NCBI GenBank assembly: GCA_965364515.1
Contig: CBDTXZ010000003.1
Span: 1-44,751 of the forward strand
From: an uncultured bacterium
GTDB taxonomy: Bacteria; Actinomycetota; Acidimicrobiia; Spongiisociales; ZC4RG35
Length of the DNA: 44,751 nucleotides
Reading direction: 5' to 3'
Below the pieces are notes generated by a model. It had not been told where the DNA came from and searched no databases. It saw only the letters and a list, made by a program, of their open reading frames with translations. This document shows positions 27,536 through 36,872 of this stretch, in pieces. The position numbers were made by a program, and so were the translations under genes. Numbering within the stretch: position 1 is the stretch's first letter; each line of letters opens with the position of its first letter.

Positions 27536-28807
27536 TCAGAAGGCGAACGCCAGCGCGACTGCAGCCACCACGGCACCGATCGCTCCGGGCAGAATCGCCC
27601 GGCGGATTCCGGGCGATCCCGTGAACCAGACGATGCCAGCCTTGACCAGCGTGTTGCTCGCGGCAGCGAGCACGATCGCATTGGCGGCGACCTCGTCTGA
27701 GATCGGACCCTCACCCCTACTGAGCTCCGCCATCGACAGAGTGATGGCATCGACGTCGGCGAGTCCCGACAGACCGGCGCCGACGTAGATCCCGGTCGAC
27801 CCGAGCCAGTCAGACAGAGCCTTCGAGCCGATCAGAACCAGCCCGTACAACAGTCCGAACTGGATCGCCGGGCCGAGGCGGAAAGGGTTCGTGAAGTTCT
27901 CGGTTTCGCCGCCGTCGCGTTCTCTCCCGGTCCTGTCGCTGAGATACAGGCGGCCCGCCCACAGCGCAGCGACCAGGCCTCCGACGGAGATCGGAGCCCA
28001 GACGGAGGGGAGGAGTGCGAGGTGGACCACACCCACTTCGACCAGGATGCGCGCGAACATGATCACCCAAGCCAGCAGGACGCCCAACCCCAGAATGGAG
28101 GACATCCGGTCGTTCGACCGGCTCCGCTCGGAGAGGGCCATCGTCACTGCCGTGGAGGAGACCAGTCCGCCCAGCAGGCTGGTGAGGCCGATTCCACGTT
28201 TTGTGCCGAACAGCTGGATCAGGACGTAGCCGACGAAGGAGAGACCCGAGATGAAGACGATCATCAGCCCGACCTTGTAGGGGCTGACCGCGTTCCACGG
28301 CGACGGTCCATAGGTCTCGTCTGGGAGGAGCGGCAGTGCCAGTGCGGTCACGATGGCGAACTTGAGTGTCGCGTAGACATCCTCGGTGTCGATGTTGGCC
28401 GAGAGCTGTCTGGTGAATGGCTTGATCGAGAGAATGGTGGCCGTCAAGACGCCGATCGCCACAGCGAGGGGAAGCTCGCCGAAACCGGCGAGCGCACCAG
28501 CACAGAAGACGACCAGTGCAGCGATCTCGGTCGTGACGCCCAGGTGACCCTCGCGGGAGGAGGACACGTAGCCGATTGCGAGGAAGACGATGATTCCGAC
28601 TGCGAACGTGGCGAGCACGAGGTAGGTGCCGGCCATGTCGGAGACGAACGTCGCGAGTGCCCCGACGAAGGCGATCAAGGCGAACGTCCGGGCACCACCG
28701 AACAGATCCTCCTGGTAGCGCCGCTTGGCATACTCGCGCTGCAACCCCACGAGAAGGCCCAGCCCGAGCGCGACACCGGAGGCGACGATGGCGTCGATGA
28801 ACTCCAC
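27536..28807 (-). CDS. MgtC/SapB-family protein with DUF4010 domain
   Basis: GLLVGLQRE, GARTFAL, GVTTE, LPLLPD, GGLVSSTAVT, NPF, GLADVDA, SNTLVK; GAGGAGG RBS. Confidence 0.9.
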   Translation of the reverse strand: MEFIDAIVASGVALGLGLLVGLQREYAKRRYQEDLFGGARTFALIAFVGALATFVSDMAGTYLVLATFAVGIIVFLAIGYVSSSREGHLGVTTEIAALVVFCAGALAGFGELPLAVAIGVLTATILSIKPFTRQLSANIDTEDVYATLKFAIVTALALPLLPDETYGPSPWNAVSPYKVGLMIVFISGLSFVGYVLIQLFGTKRGIGLTSLLGGLVSSTAVTMALSERSRSNDRMSSILGLGVLLAWVIMFARILVEVGVVHLALLPSVWAPISVGGLVAALWAGRLYLSDRTGRERDGGETENFTNPFRLGPAIQFGLLYGLVLIGSKALSDWLGSTGIYVGAGLSGLADVDAITLSMAELSRGEGPISDEVAANAIVLAAASNTLVKAGIVWFTGSPGIRRAILPGAIGAVVAAVALAFAF

Positions 28808-28905
28808 TCGGCCTCCTCTCGGCTCGCCCACCGCGGCCCGGGCAGGTCGTTCGGCACTGGCGAAATCGCCTTCCCGTCCACATTCTGGCTGCAGGAGGAG
28901 GTGCG

Positions 28906-29445
28906 ATGACAGAGTCGGAATACACCCGACCTGAGCTCTCCACGATCGTGTGCGGATTCGACGGCTCGGCCTCCGCTGAGGCCGCCGTCGGATGGGCCGG
29001 CTGGATCGCGAGCTGCTGTGGCGCCGACGTGATCGTCGTGAGTGTCTACGACTGGAATCCGATGATCGGTGACTCGACGAATCAGGAGATGATCGGTCAG
29101 CGGCGTTCCGAGCTCGAGGCTGCGACCTCACGTCTCCGAGATCGGTGGGTGCGCTGCCGCACGATGATCGAAACGGGTGATTCGCGGATCGTGCTGCTGG
29201 CGGTCGCTCAGCTCCATTCGGCCGATCTCATCGTGGTTGGCAGCCGCGGGAGGAGCCAGATCGCCGAGCTCCTGCTCGGAAGTGTGGCCCAATACCTCAC
29301 CCATCACTCGGACATTCCCGTCGTCGTGGTCCCCATGTCCCGGGCGGGGGAGCGCTCGAGGGAAAGCGATGCGGCCTCCGAGACGCCGCCGGCGTCACCG
29401 AGCGACGGGAAAAGGTTCGATGAACCTGATCGATCTGACCGGTGA
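28906..29445 (+). CDS. Universal stress protein
   Basis: IVCGFDGS, ADLIVVGSRG..LLGSVA..L...PVVVV. Confidence 0.9.
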   Translation: MTESEYTRPELSTIVCGFDGSASAEAAVGWAGWIASCCGADVIVVSVYDWNPMIGDSTNQEMIGQRRSELEAATSRLRDRWVRCRTMIETGDSRIVLLAVAQLHSADLIVVGSRGRSQIAELLLGSVAQYLTHHSDIPVVVVPMSRAGERSRESDAASETPPASPSDGKRFDEPDRSDR

Positions 29446-30403
29446 AGAGGGCGTTGGGCGACGTCGCGACGCCACCGTCTGCGTCATCGCCCCGTACCTC
29501 GCGCTTGGCGTCATGATCGAGTCGCACGAGCCGAACAACGGCGGCGACATCCATCTCCATCCATCGGGACAGGGATTCTGGATCGCCCGGCTGCTCGCCC
29601 AGCTCGGCTGCAGGGCGGTGCTGTGTGCCCCTACCGGCGGGGAGGCCGGGGCGGTGCTCAGGTCACTCGTTCCGCGATGGGGAGTCGAGCTGGCGTCCGT
29701 CGACGTCTCCGGTCCGTCTGTGTGCTCGATCGAAGATCGACGGAACGGCACTCCGGTTCGAATCGCCAGTGAGCAGCCATTGGAGATGCGCCGTCATGAC
29801 GTCGACCAGTTCTTCGATGAGGCCTTCGAGACAGCCCTCCGATCCGATGCGACGGTCATCACCGGCCGAGCGACCGAGACATGCGTCCCTCTCACCTTCT
29901 ATGAGAGGTTGGGCGAGGACCTGGCCGCCACAGGGGCAGAAACGATCGGCGACCTCCATGGACCCGAGTTGGCGGCATATCTCGAACGCGGACGGCTCTC
30001 GATCCTGAAGGTCAGTGACCAGGATCTGGTGAAGGATGGCGTGATCGTCGAAACCACCGAGGCGGAGATCCTCACAGCAGTGGCCGAACTCGCTGCGCGG
30101 AACGTCAGCTGGTTGATCGTGTCACGGGCCGAGCAGGGCGCGGTCGTCTCTCTCGACGGTCGTGTCTTGCGGGCCCAACCGCCCATCCTCCGGGCTGTCG
30201 ATCATCGCGGCTCCGGCGACTCGATGACCGCTGCCCTCACCGCCGCGCTCGTGCGCGGACTCGATGGCGAGACTGCGGTGCGCCTGGCCTGTGCGGCCGG
30301 TGCCGCCAACGTCACGCGACATGGGTTGGGAAGTGCGTCGTCGGGGTTGATCGAACAGCTCTCTCACCATGTCCGCATCCAACCACTGGAGGTGTCCGTA
30401 TGA
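29420..30403 (+). CDS. PfkB-family carbohydrate kinase (1-phosphofructokinase-like)
   Basis: HPSGQGFWIAR, GGEAG, VSRAEQGA, GSGDS, GAAN. Start approximate. Confidence 0.85.
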   Translation: MNLIDLTGEEGVGRRRDATVCVIAPYLALGVMIESHEPNNGGDIHLHPSGQGFWIARLLAQLGCRAVLCAPTGGEAGAVLRSLVPRWGVELASVDVSGPSVCSIEDRRNGTPVRIASEQPLEMRRHDVDQFFDEAFETALRSDATVITGRATETCVPLTFYERLGEDLAATGAETIGDLHGPELAAYLERGRLSILKVSDQDLVKDGVIVETTEAEILTAVAELAARNVSWLIVSRAEQGAVVSLDGRVLRAQPPILRAVDHRGSGDSMTAALTAALVRGLDGETAVRLACAAGAANVTRHGLGSASSGLIEQLSHHVRIQPLEVSV

Positions 30404-31248
30404 GCTCCGAGCCCGAGACCTCGGTGGTCGTCGATGACGTACCGTCTGGAGAGCGACGTCGTCCACGCATCCTGGTGACAAACGACGACGGCATCGATTC
30501 GACTGGGATACGTGTCCTCGCTCGCGCTCTGGCGACCCGCTACGACGTCATCGTGGTCGCGCCGAGCGAGGACATGAGCGGGTCCGGAACGGCCCTGGGC
30601 CGCTTCGATCCAGCCGTCGGCGTGGAGATGATCCAACACGACGTGGAAGGTGTTGCTCATGCCTACTCGATCGACGGGCCACCTGGGCTGGCCGTACTTG
30701 CGTCGGCACTCGGGGCGTTCGGCCCGAAGCCGGACATGGTGGTGTCGGGTGTCAATGCGGGGTTGAACACTGGGCACTCGGTCATCCACTCCGGCACCGT
30801 GGGGGCTGCTCTCACCGCACGAAGCCTCGGGATGTGCGGGCTGGCCGTGAGCCTCGAGCATTCCGACCCGTGGCAATGGGACACCGCGGCGCACGTGGCG
30901 CGCTCGGCGACCGACTGGCTGGTCGACAGTGGCCTGGGTGCCGTGCTCAACGTGAACGTGCCCGGGAAGCCGATCGATCAGGTGAGAGGTACGACGTGGG
31001 CCGATCTGGACGCGTTCGGCCACATCCGAATCGCGACGGCCAACGTCCCTGGATCCTTGCTGGAGTTCACCGTGCGCAGCTCGACCACGGGTGAGGACCC
31101 AAGGACGGACACGGCATTGTGTCGGTCCGGGTACGTCACGATCACGCTCCTCGAGTCGGTCGAACCGGCACCGAGCCCCGATCACCCGGCAACCGAGATC
31201 TGGCGCCCGACGCGGGTCGGGGCGCCGACGGGCGACCACACGATCTGA
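30400..31248 (+). CDS. surE: SurE-family 5'/3'-nucleotidase
   Basis: ILVTNDDG, VAP..DMSG, PDMVVSGVN.G.N, HSGTVGAA, LNVNVP; ATGA overlap with the kinase. Confidence 0.88.
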   Translation: MSSEPETSVVVDDVPSGERRRPRILVTNDDGIDSTGIRVLARALATRYDVIVVAPSEDMSGSGTALGRFDPAVGVEMIQHDVEGVAHAYSIDGPPGLAVLASALGAFGPKPDMVVSGVNAGLNTGHSVIHSGTVGAALTARSLGMCGLAVSLEHSDPWQWDTAAHVARSATDWLVDSGLGAVLNVNVPGKPIDQVRGTTWADLDAFGHIRIATANVPGSLLEFTVRSSTTGEDPRTDTALCRSGYVTITLLESVEPAPSPDHPATEIWRPTRVGAPTGDHTI

Positions 31249-31286
31249 TGATGAGAGGCACCGCCCGTGGCCGAAGTCGGCAGGGG

Positions 31287-32258
31287 TCAGCTGCTTCGTG
31301 CTTGCAGCGAGTGGTCCACGAGGTGATGTGACAGCACCGACCACAGCTGGGGTTCGGCCAGACGTCGACGCATCGAGATGAGTGTTCTGATGAACGTCGG
31401 CACCGCTCCCTTTGGGTCGAGTGGGTTGGGCCGCATCGCCGACAGCACCTGCGGAGTCGGTTCGAGCACGATCACATCCGTGTCCGGCCACGCCCGGCCG
31501 ATCTCTGAGAGCTCCCGACCGAGTGCGGCCCCGCCGACCCGGTCGAAGACCTTCTCGTGGAACCAGGCCCGCTCGCGCTGTTCCTCGGCAGCCATCGGGG
31601 CGATCACGATGATCAGGTCGAGTGGGTGATCGGACCCGAGCACGAGGTCGGCGTGAGTGCCAGAGACGACCCCGCCGTCCACATAGCGGACGCCGTCGAT
31701 GGACCACGGCCTGAAGATGACCGGTATCGCACTCGAAGCGGCGACGGCATCTGCGATGCTCACCACGGGCGCTCCTTCGGTCCCGAACGCAACACGCTGC
31801 CGGGCCTGGATGTCGTATGCCGTGATCACGGTGGGTCGGCTCGGCCAGGCTTCTGCGGCCGGCGCACCGATGCGCCGGGTCACCCAGTCCCTGAGGCCCG
31901 TCGCGACGAACGGGGCGGGGGAGGCCAGCAACGCAGTCAAACCCGGCTTCCGGACGCTCGGCAGGATGCCGTGTCTCAGCCACGGCCCGATGCCCGCCCC
32001 CGAAGCTCGGTTGAACAGGCGCTGGGAGATTCGGGCTGCCACGTCCTCACGACTCTCTCCGGCATCCACGAGTGAGTCGATCAGCAGGCGGTCGTGTCGC
32101 AAGAGCGAGGCAACGAAGGAACCGGCCGACGTTCCAACCACCACCTCGGCGTCGTTGGGAGACCAGCCCGTGGCGAGCTCGATCGCCATCAGGGCAGCCA
32201 TCTCATAGGCCGCGCCGGTCACGCCGCCGCCGCCAAGCACCAAGCCCACCGAAGTCAT
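31287..32258 (-). CDS. Patatin-like phospholipase
   Basis: GLVLGGGG, GTSAG, ASSAIP, DGG; TACACT 6 nt before the ATG. Confidence 0.92.
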   Translation of the reverse strand: MTSVGLVLGGGGVTGAAYEMAALMAIELATGWSPNDAEVVVGTSAGSFVASLLRHDRLLIDSLVDAGESREDVAARISQRLFNRASGAGIGPWLRHGILPSVRKPGLTALLASPAPFVATGLRDWVTRRIGAPAAEAWPSRPTVITAYDIQARQRVAFGTEGAPVVSIADAVAASSAIPVIFRPWSIDGVRYVDGGVVSGTHADLVLGSDHPLDLIIVIAPMAAEEQRERAWFHEKVFDRVGGAALGRELSEIGRAWPDTDVIVLEPTPQVLSAMRPNPLDPKGAVPTFIRTLISMRRRLAEPQLWSVLSHHLVDHSLQARSS

Positions 32259-32318
32259 GGGAAAAGTGTATCCGCAACAAAACCGATACCCAGCGTTCAT
32301 ACGTATGCTCCGTTCGGC
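32259..32318. promoter_or_regulatory. Divergent promoters, probably leaderless, for patatin and mshD
   Basis: TACACT-N6-ATG on the minus strand and TATGCT-N9-ATG on the plus strand; no SD sequences; AT-rich spacer. Confidence 0.5.
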
Positions 32319-33200
32319 ATGGAACTGAGACCCGTCAACCCGTCGACCGACCTTCCCGCCCTGAACGCACTGTTCGACCTGGCAGCGGCGTGCGACGGAC
32401 ACCGTCCGATCGGCGAGCACAAATATCTCGACTTGATCCACCCGGATCCCGACGGAACCGCCGGCATCGTCGCGGAGATCGACGGTGAGCCGGTGGCATA
32501 CGTTGCCATCGGCCACATGCCGGATACGTCGACCTGTGCGATGGAACTGGCGCTCCATCCGATGCACCGTGATCACGAGACGATGGAAGCCATGATCGCC
32601 GCCGGCGTCGAACGGGTTCGTAGGGTCTGCGGGACACGGGTGCGGATGTGGGCGTTTCAGCCTCACATCGCCGCAGTCCTCGAAGAAATGGGCTTCAGCG
32701 AGGAGCGGGAGCTTCGCCAGCTACGCCGCCCGCTTCCGCACCCCGACCCGCCTCACTATCCACCTGAAGTAGAGGTCGAGGCATTTGTCGAGGGTCGCGA
32801 CGAATCGACCTGGCTCGAGGTCAACAACCTGGCATTCTCCGGGCACCCGGAGAACGGGCACTGGACGATGGAGGTCTTGGAGGATCGTGAACGTCAGCCC
32901 TGGTTCTCTCCCGAAGGCATCCGGATGGCATGGATCGGAACCGATCTCGCCGGGTTCTGTTGGACCAAGCAGCACGACACGGACCTCGGAGAGATCTATG
33001 TGATCGCCGTGCATCCGTCGCATCGGCGACGTGGTCTGGGAAGAGCACTCGTGCTCGACGGGATGCGATCCATGGCCGACCGCGGGATGTCATCGGCGAT
33101 GCTCTACGTCGATGCCGACAATCAGCCCGGCCTGGCTCTCTACGAGCAGTTGGGCTTCCGACTCGATCACGTGGACCGATCGTTCACCAAGAACGTGTGA
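32319..33200 (+). CDS. mshD: Mycothiol synthase
   Basis: Tandem GNAT; NNLAFSGHPE.G.WT, WF...G, GFCWTK.H, GEIYVIAV.P, LYVDADN..LYEQLGF. Confidence 0.88.
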   Translation: MELRPVNPSTDLPALNALFDLAAACDGHRPIGEHKYLDLIHPDPDGTAGIVAEIDGEPVAYVAIGHMPDTSTCAMELALHPMHRDHETMEAMIAAGVERVRRVCGTRVRMWAFQPHIAAVLEEMGFSEERELRQLRRPLPHPDPPHYPPEVEVEAFVEGRDESTWLEVNNLAFSGHPENGHWTMEVLEDRERQPWFSPEGIRMAWIGTDLAGFCWTKQHDTDLGEIYVIAVHPSHRRRGLGRALVLDGMRSMADRGMSSAMLYVDADNQPGLALYEQLGFRLDHVDRSFTKNV

Positions 33201-33202
33201 TC

Positions 33203-33364
33203 TCAGCCGAAGCGGCGTTCACAGCTGGGGCAGCGGGCGTCCGACTCGCTCGTGGTTGCCGAGCACCACGGGCACGGAAGATCACAGTCGCCGGAGAGAT
33301 CGAGCACATCGAGCGAGCCCACAGCAGGGTCGGAATGCGTCTGGACCGGAGTCGTTCTCCTCAT
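33203..33364 (-). CDS. Small zinc-ribbon protein, 53 aa (not in the ORF track)
   Basis: MRRTTPVQTHSDPAVGSLDVLDLSGDCDLPCPWCSATTSESDARCPSCERRFG; CPWC-x10-CPSC; TATGGT 8 nt before the ATG. Confidence 0.65.
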   Translation of the reverse strand: MRRTTPVQTHSDPAVGSLDVLDLSGDCDLPCPWCSATTSESDARCPSCERRFG

Positions 33365-33418
33365 GGCATCGCACCATAGAGCGGATCAGCCCGCGAACGG
33401 TGGATTTCGCGATCTCGG

Positions 33419-34246
33419 TCAGGCGATCGCCGAGCTCAGGTCCGTGATGAGGTAGTTCAGGTCGCCGAGCCTGCCGTCGCGCTGCTCGGCTGCGTCGAGC
33501 ATCGCCATCGAGGCGTGATAGGCGATCCACGGCTTGAGGCGTTCCTGGGAGAAGCGTGCTCCGTACCCTTCCCACAGGGCTTGCGCGGCATCGGGGCCGA
33601 GCGTGCGGCTGAAACGCCAGGTGGCGAGACTGAGGTCCCATTCGGGCGGTGCGAGCGTCGCCCACTCCCAGCCGATCAGCGTCATCGCACCATCCTCCGA
33701 CACGAGGAACTTCTCCGGTTGGGGCCTGGTGTGTGACGGCACCGGTGCGGTCGAATCCGGACGGTTGGACGACGACTTCGCAGCATCCAACACCGCGGCC
33801 GGGAGCTCCAGCCTCCGCCGGTACCGCTCGAGACGGTCGAGCGTCGACTTGTAGTGGGCGACCACGTACTCGCCGTCGATCCCTCCCTCGAGGTTGGTGA
33901 TGTGGGCCTGTGAGTCATGGATGCCGCGGAGCAGCTTGCCGGCTTTTGCGATGGTGTCGAGATTGCGAGGGAGCGCAGCGAGATTCCACGCTCCACCGTC
34001 CGTCATACGAATCCAGGAATGGCCCTCGGTCGCACCCCGCTCGAGGATCTGCGGGACTCCATCGACGCCGAGGAGCGCCTCGAGCGCGTGCCGCTCTCTG
34101 CGTTCACGTGAGGGTGTCGCATAGATCTTGACGACGGTCGAATCGCCGTTCTCCCTCAGGAGTCGATAGACGTGATTCGACTGAAAAGACAGTTCCTTGA
34201 TCGTGGCGCCGGAGGCGATGCTCTGGATGATCTCGCGAGGGTTCAC
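33419..34246 (-). CDS. Aminoglycoside phosphotransferase/choline-kinase-fold protein with degenerate catalytic motifs
   Basis: N.VY, VVKIY, RE..AL, VPQIL, LRGIH and WE.A..APPEWDL are present; the catalytic loop reads HTRPQPEK and the Mg-binding motif reads IGWE. Confidence 0.82.
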   Translation of the reverse strand: MNPREIIQSIASGATIKELSFQSNHVYRLLRENGDSTVVKIYATPSRERRERHALEALLGVDGVPQILERGATEGHSWIRMTDGGAWNLAALPRNLDTIAKAGKLLRGIHDSQAHITNLEGGIDGEYVVAHYKSTLDRLERYRRRLELPAAVLDAAKSSSNRPDSTAPVPSHTRPQPEKFLVSEDGAMTLIGWEWATLAPPEWDLSLATWRFSRTLGPDAAQALWEGYGARFSQERLKPWIAYHASMAMLDAAEQRDGRLGDLNYLITDLSSAIA

Positions 34247-34351
34247 CGGGTTCGTCTACTCCTGCTGCGGCTGGGCGGCGCATAATCGAGAGGGTTCCCC
34301 CGGTCGCCGCTGTACGATTGCGTCCTCCACAACGCTAGCGAGAAATTCAAC

Positions 34352-36292
34352 GTGTCCATCGATATTCGTCTCCCCGACGGGAGCGTCGTAGAACATCCAG
34401 ACGGTGCAACCGGTTTGGACGTGGCCGAGGCAATCGGTTCACGTCTCGCCAAGGCCGCAGTGGCGGTGAGGCTCGACGGAGCGTGGCTCGACCTCACGCG
34501 CCCGCTCCCGCACGGCGGTTCCATCGAGATCATCACGGAGAACACCGAGGACGGTCGCTCGGTGCTGAGGCATTCGGCGGCTCACGTGCTCGCCCAGGCC
34601 GTCCTCGATCTCTACGAGGACGCCACGTTTGCGATCGGCCCGGCGATCACCGACGGGTTCTACTACGACTTCAGCGTGGATGAGCCGTTCACCCCCGAAG
34701 ACCTCGAGCGGATCGAGGTGCGGATGGCGGAGATCATCGAAGCCGACCAGCCCTTCGTCCGCGAGGCGATGGGAAGGGACGAGGCACTCGAGCTCTTCTC
34801 CGACCACGAGTTCAAACGCGAGATCATCGAGACCGTCGAACCGGGGGAGGTCTCGGCCGGCGACGAAGTGACCGTCTACCGCAACAACGGTTTCGTCGAT
34901 CTCTGCCGAGGGCCGCACGTGCCGACCACCGGTCGCCTGCAGGCCGTCAAGCTGCTTCGGATCGCCGGGGCGTATTGGCGCGGCGACGAATCCAATCCCC
35001 AACTCCAGCGCATCTACGGCACGGCGTGGGAATCGAAGAAGGAACTAGACGACTACCTGCACCGGCTCGAGGAGGCCGAGCGGCGCGACCATCGCAAGCT
35101 CGGTCCCGAGCTCGACCTGTTCTCGTTCCCGAAGGAGATGGGCTCGGGCCTGGTCGTATGGCATCCCAAGGGTGGACTGGTCCGCAAGTTGATCGAAGAC
35201 CATTCCCGACGACTGCACGAGCAATACGGGTTCGACTTCGTCTTCTCTCCCCACCTCGCCAAGGAAGACCTGTGGAACACTTCGGGTCACCTCCAGTGGT
35301 ACTCCGAGGGGATGTATCCCGGGATGGAGATGGATCACGGCGACGCCTACCGGGTGAAGCCGATGAATTGCCCGTTCCACATCATGATCTATCGGAGTCG
35401 CGGGCGCTCGTACCGAGAGCTGCCCCTGCGCCTAGGAGAGCTGGGCGCTGTGTACCGCTACGAGCGTTCCGGCGTTCTCCACGGTCTTCTGCGAGCCCGA
35501 GGGTTCACCCAGGACGACTCGCACACCTTCTGCACGAGAGATCAACTCGGCGACGAGCTCGCCATGCACCTGGAATTCGTGCTCACCTGGTTGAAGGACT
35601 TCGGCTTCACCGAGTTCGAGGCCGATCTGTCGACCAGGCCCGAGAAGTACGTCGGCGAGGTCTCCCAATGGGACGAAGCAGAGGCCTCTCTGGCGGACGC
35701 GCTCGATCGGGCGGGTCTTGCGTACAGCGTCGCCGAGGGCGACGGCGCCTTCTACGGCCCCAAGATCGACGTCCACGTCAAGGACGCGATCGGCAGGCGG
35801 TGGCAGATGTCGACGATCCAAGTCGACTTCAACCTGCCCGAGCGGTTCGAGATCGAGTACGCCGGTGCCGACAACACCCCAGAGCGTCCCGCCATGATCC
35901 ACTGTGCGAAGGCAGGGTCGATCGAGCGGTTCTTCGGCGTCCTGGTCGAACACTACGCAGGGGCCTTCCCGACCTGGCTCGCGCCGGTCCAGGCAGTGAT
36001 CGTGCCGGTCGCCGATCGCCACATCGACTATGCCGAGGCGGTCGCGGATCAACTCGCCGAAGCCGGCCTTCGCGCAGAGGTCGACGCCTCGGGTGAGACC
36101 GTCGGCGAGAAGATCAGAAGGGCGATCACTGCGAAGACCCCGGCAGTCATGGTCGTCGGCGATCGCGATGTCGATGCCGGGACGGCGGGTTTCCGTCGCT
36201 ATGGAGCCGATGAGGAGCGGCGCGGGGTCGGCATCGACGACATCATCGCCGAACTCGGAGCCGAAGCCACACCTCCGGGAGTCGCGTCGTGA
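34352..36292 (+). CDS. thrS: Threonyl-tRNA synthetase
   Basis: TGS domain, RHSAAH, GFYYDF, DLCRGPH, GAYWRGD, RDHRKLG, KPMNCP, GAFYGPKID, GSIERF, GAFP.WLAPVQ. Confidence 0.98.
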   Translation: MSIDIRLPDGSVVEHPDGATGLDVAEAIGSRLAKAAVAVRLDGAWLDLTRPLPHGGSIEIITENTEDGRSVLRHSAAHVLAQAVLDLYEDATFAIGPAITDGFYYDFSVDEPFTPEDLERIEVRMAEIIEADQPFVREAMGRDEALELFSDHEFKREIIETVEPGEVSAGDEVTVYRNNGFVDLCRGPHVPTTGRLQAVKLLRIAGAYWRGDESNPQLQRIYGTAWESKKELDDYLHRLEEAERRDHRKLGPELDLFSFPKEMGSGLVVWHPKGGLVRKLIEDHSRRLHEQYGFDFVFSPHLAKEDLWNTSGHLQWYSEGMYPGMEMDHGDAYRVKPMNCPFHIMIYRSRGRSYRELPLRLGELGAVYRYERSGVLHGLLRARGFTQDDSHTFCTRDQLGDELAMHLEFVLTWLKDFGFTEFEADLSTRPEKYVGEVSQWDEAEASLADALDRAGLAYSVAEGDGAFYGPKIDVHVKDAIGRRWQMSTIQVDFNLPERFEIEYAGADNTPERPAMIHCAKAGSIERFFGVLVEHYAGAFPTWLAPVQAVIVPVADRHIDYAEAVADQLAEAGLRAEVDASGETVGEKIRRAITAKTPAVMVVGDRDVDAGTAGFRRYGADEERRGVGIDDIIAELGAEATPPGVAS

Positions 36293-36762
36293 CGGACGGT
36301 ATCCATGTCCCCCGGGAGATCGCTGACGCTGAAGGCATCCCCGAAGATCTCGACGCCAACATCGTCGGCCCGTACCGCTTTCCCGACCCTCGCCGCAGAA
36401 GGATCGCCGGCTGGATGTACGGAGCCGGCGCCGTCGTTCTCGCCGTGCTGGCCGTGAGCGTGGCGACCCTCTACTGGGTCACGGCCGTCCTTATGGCACT
36501 CCTCGCAGGCTGGCACTTCTGGGCGTCGTGGCCACTTTCCGTGGACCAGGAGCACGCCCTCGAACTCTCGGCGGGACTCGCCCCGTTTGCGGTCGGACAC
36601 GCCTCGGCGGCGGTCACGTTCCACGGCGTGCGGAGCCGGCCACAATGGAGTGTGATCATGTACTCCGCAGACGATCCGCCAACCCAGCGGGCACTGGTCC
36701 AACTCGACGCCATCACCGGCAAACCCATCGACGAGGTCTACACCGAGTCCGTTCCCGAATAG
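36289..36762 (+). CDS. Two-TM membrane protein of unknown function
   Basis: GTGA overlap with thrS; PEDLDAN.VGPYRFP, 2 TM, C-terminal VQLDAITG. Confidence 0.8.
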   Translation: MTDGIHVPREIADAEGIPEDLDANIVGPYRFPDPRRRRIAGWMYGAGAVVLAVLAVSVATLYWVTAVLMALLAGWHFWASWPLSVDQEHALELSAGLAPFAVGHASAAVTFHGVRSRPQWSVIMYSADDPPTQRALVQLDAITGKPIDEVYTESVPE

Positions 36763-36872
36763 CACCTCGCCGGGTCGCTCCTGGCGAGCCGGGATCGATG
36801 TCGACGGTTGCCCCGGTTGCGAGACGCCCCGAATCCGTGTCATCATCCCCGCCTTCAAAACGAGAGGCGGTC

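Noticed and set aside
33419-34246. Aminoglycoside resistance gene
   Set aside because: Only the fold is shared; the catalytic Asp/Asn residues are absent.
34247-34351. T-box or attenuator upstream of thrS
   Set aside because: The gap is only about 105 nt, is shared with a divergent gene, and lacks a T-box consensus.
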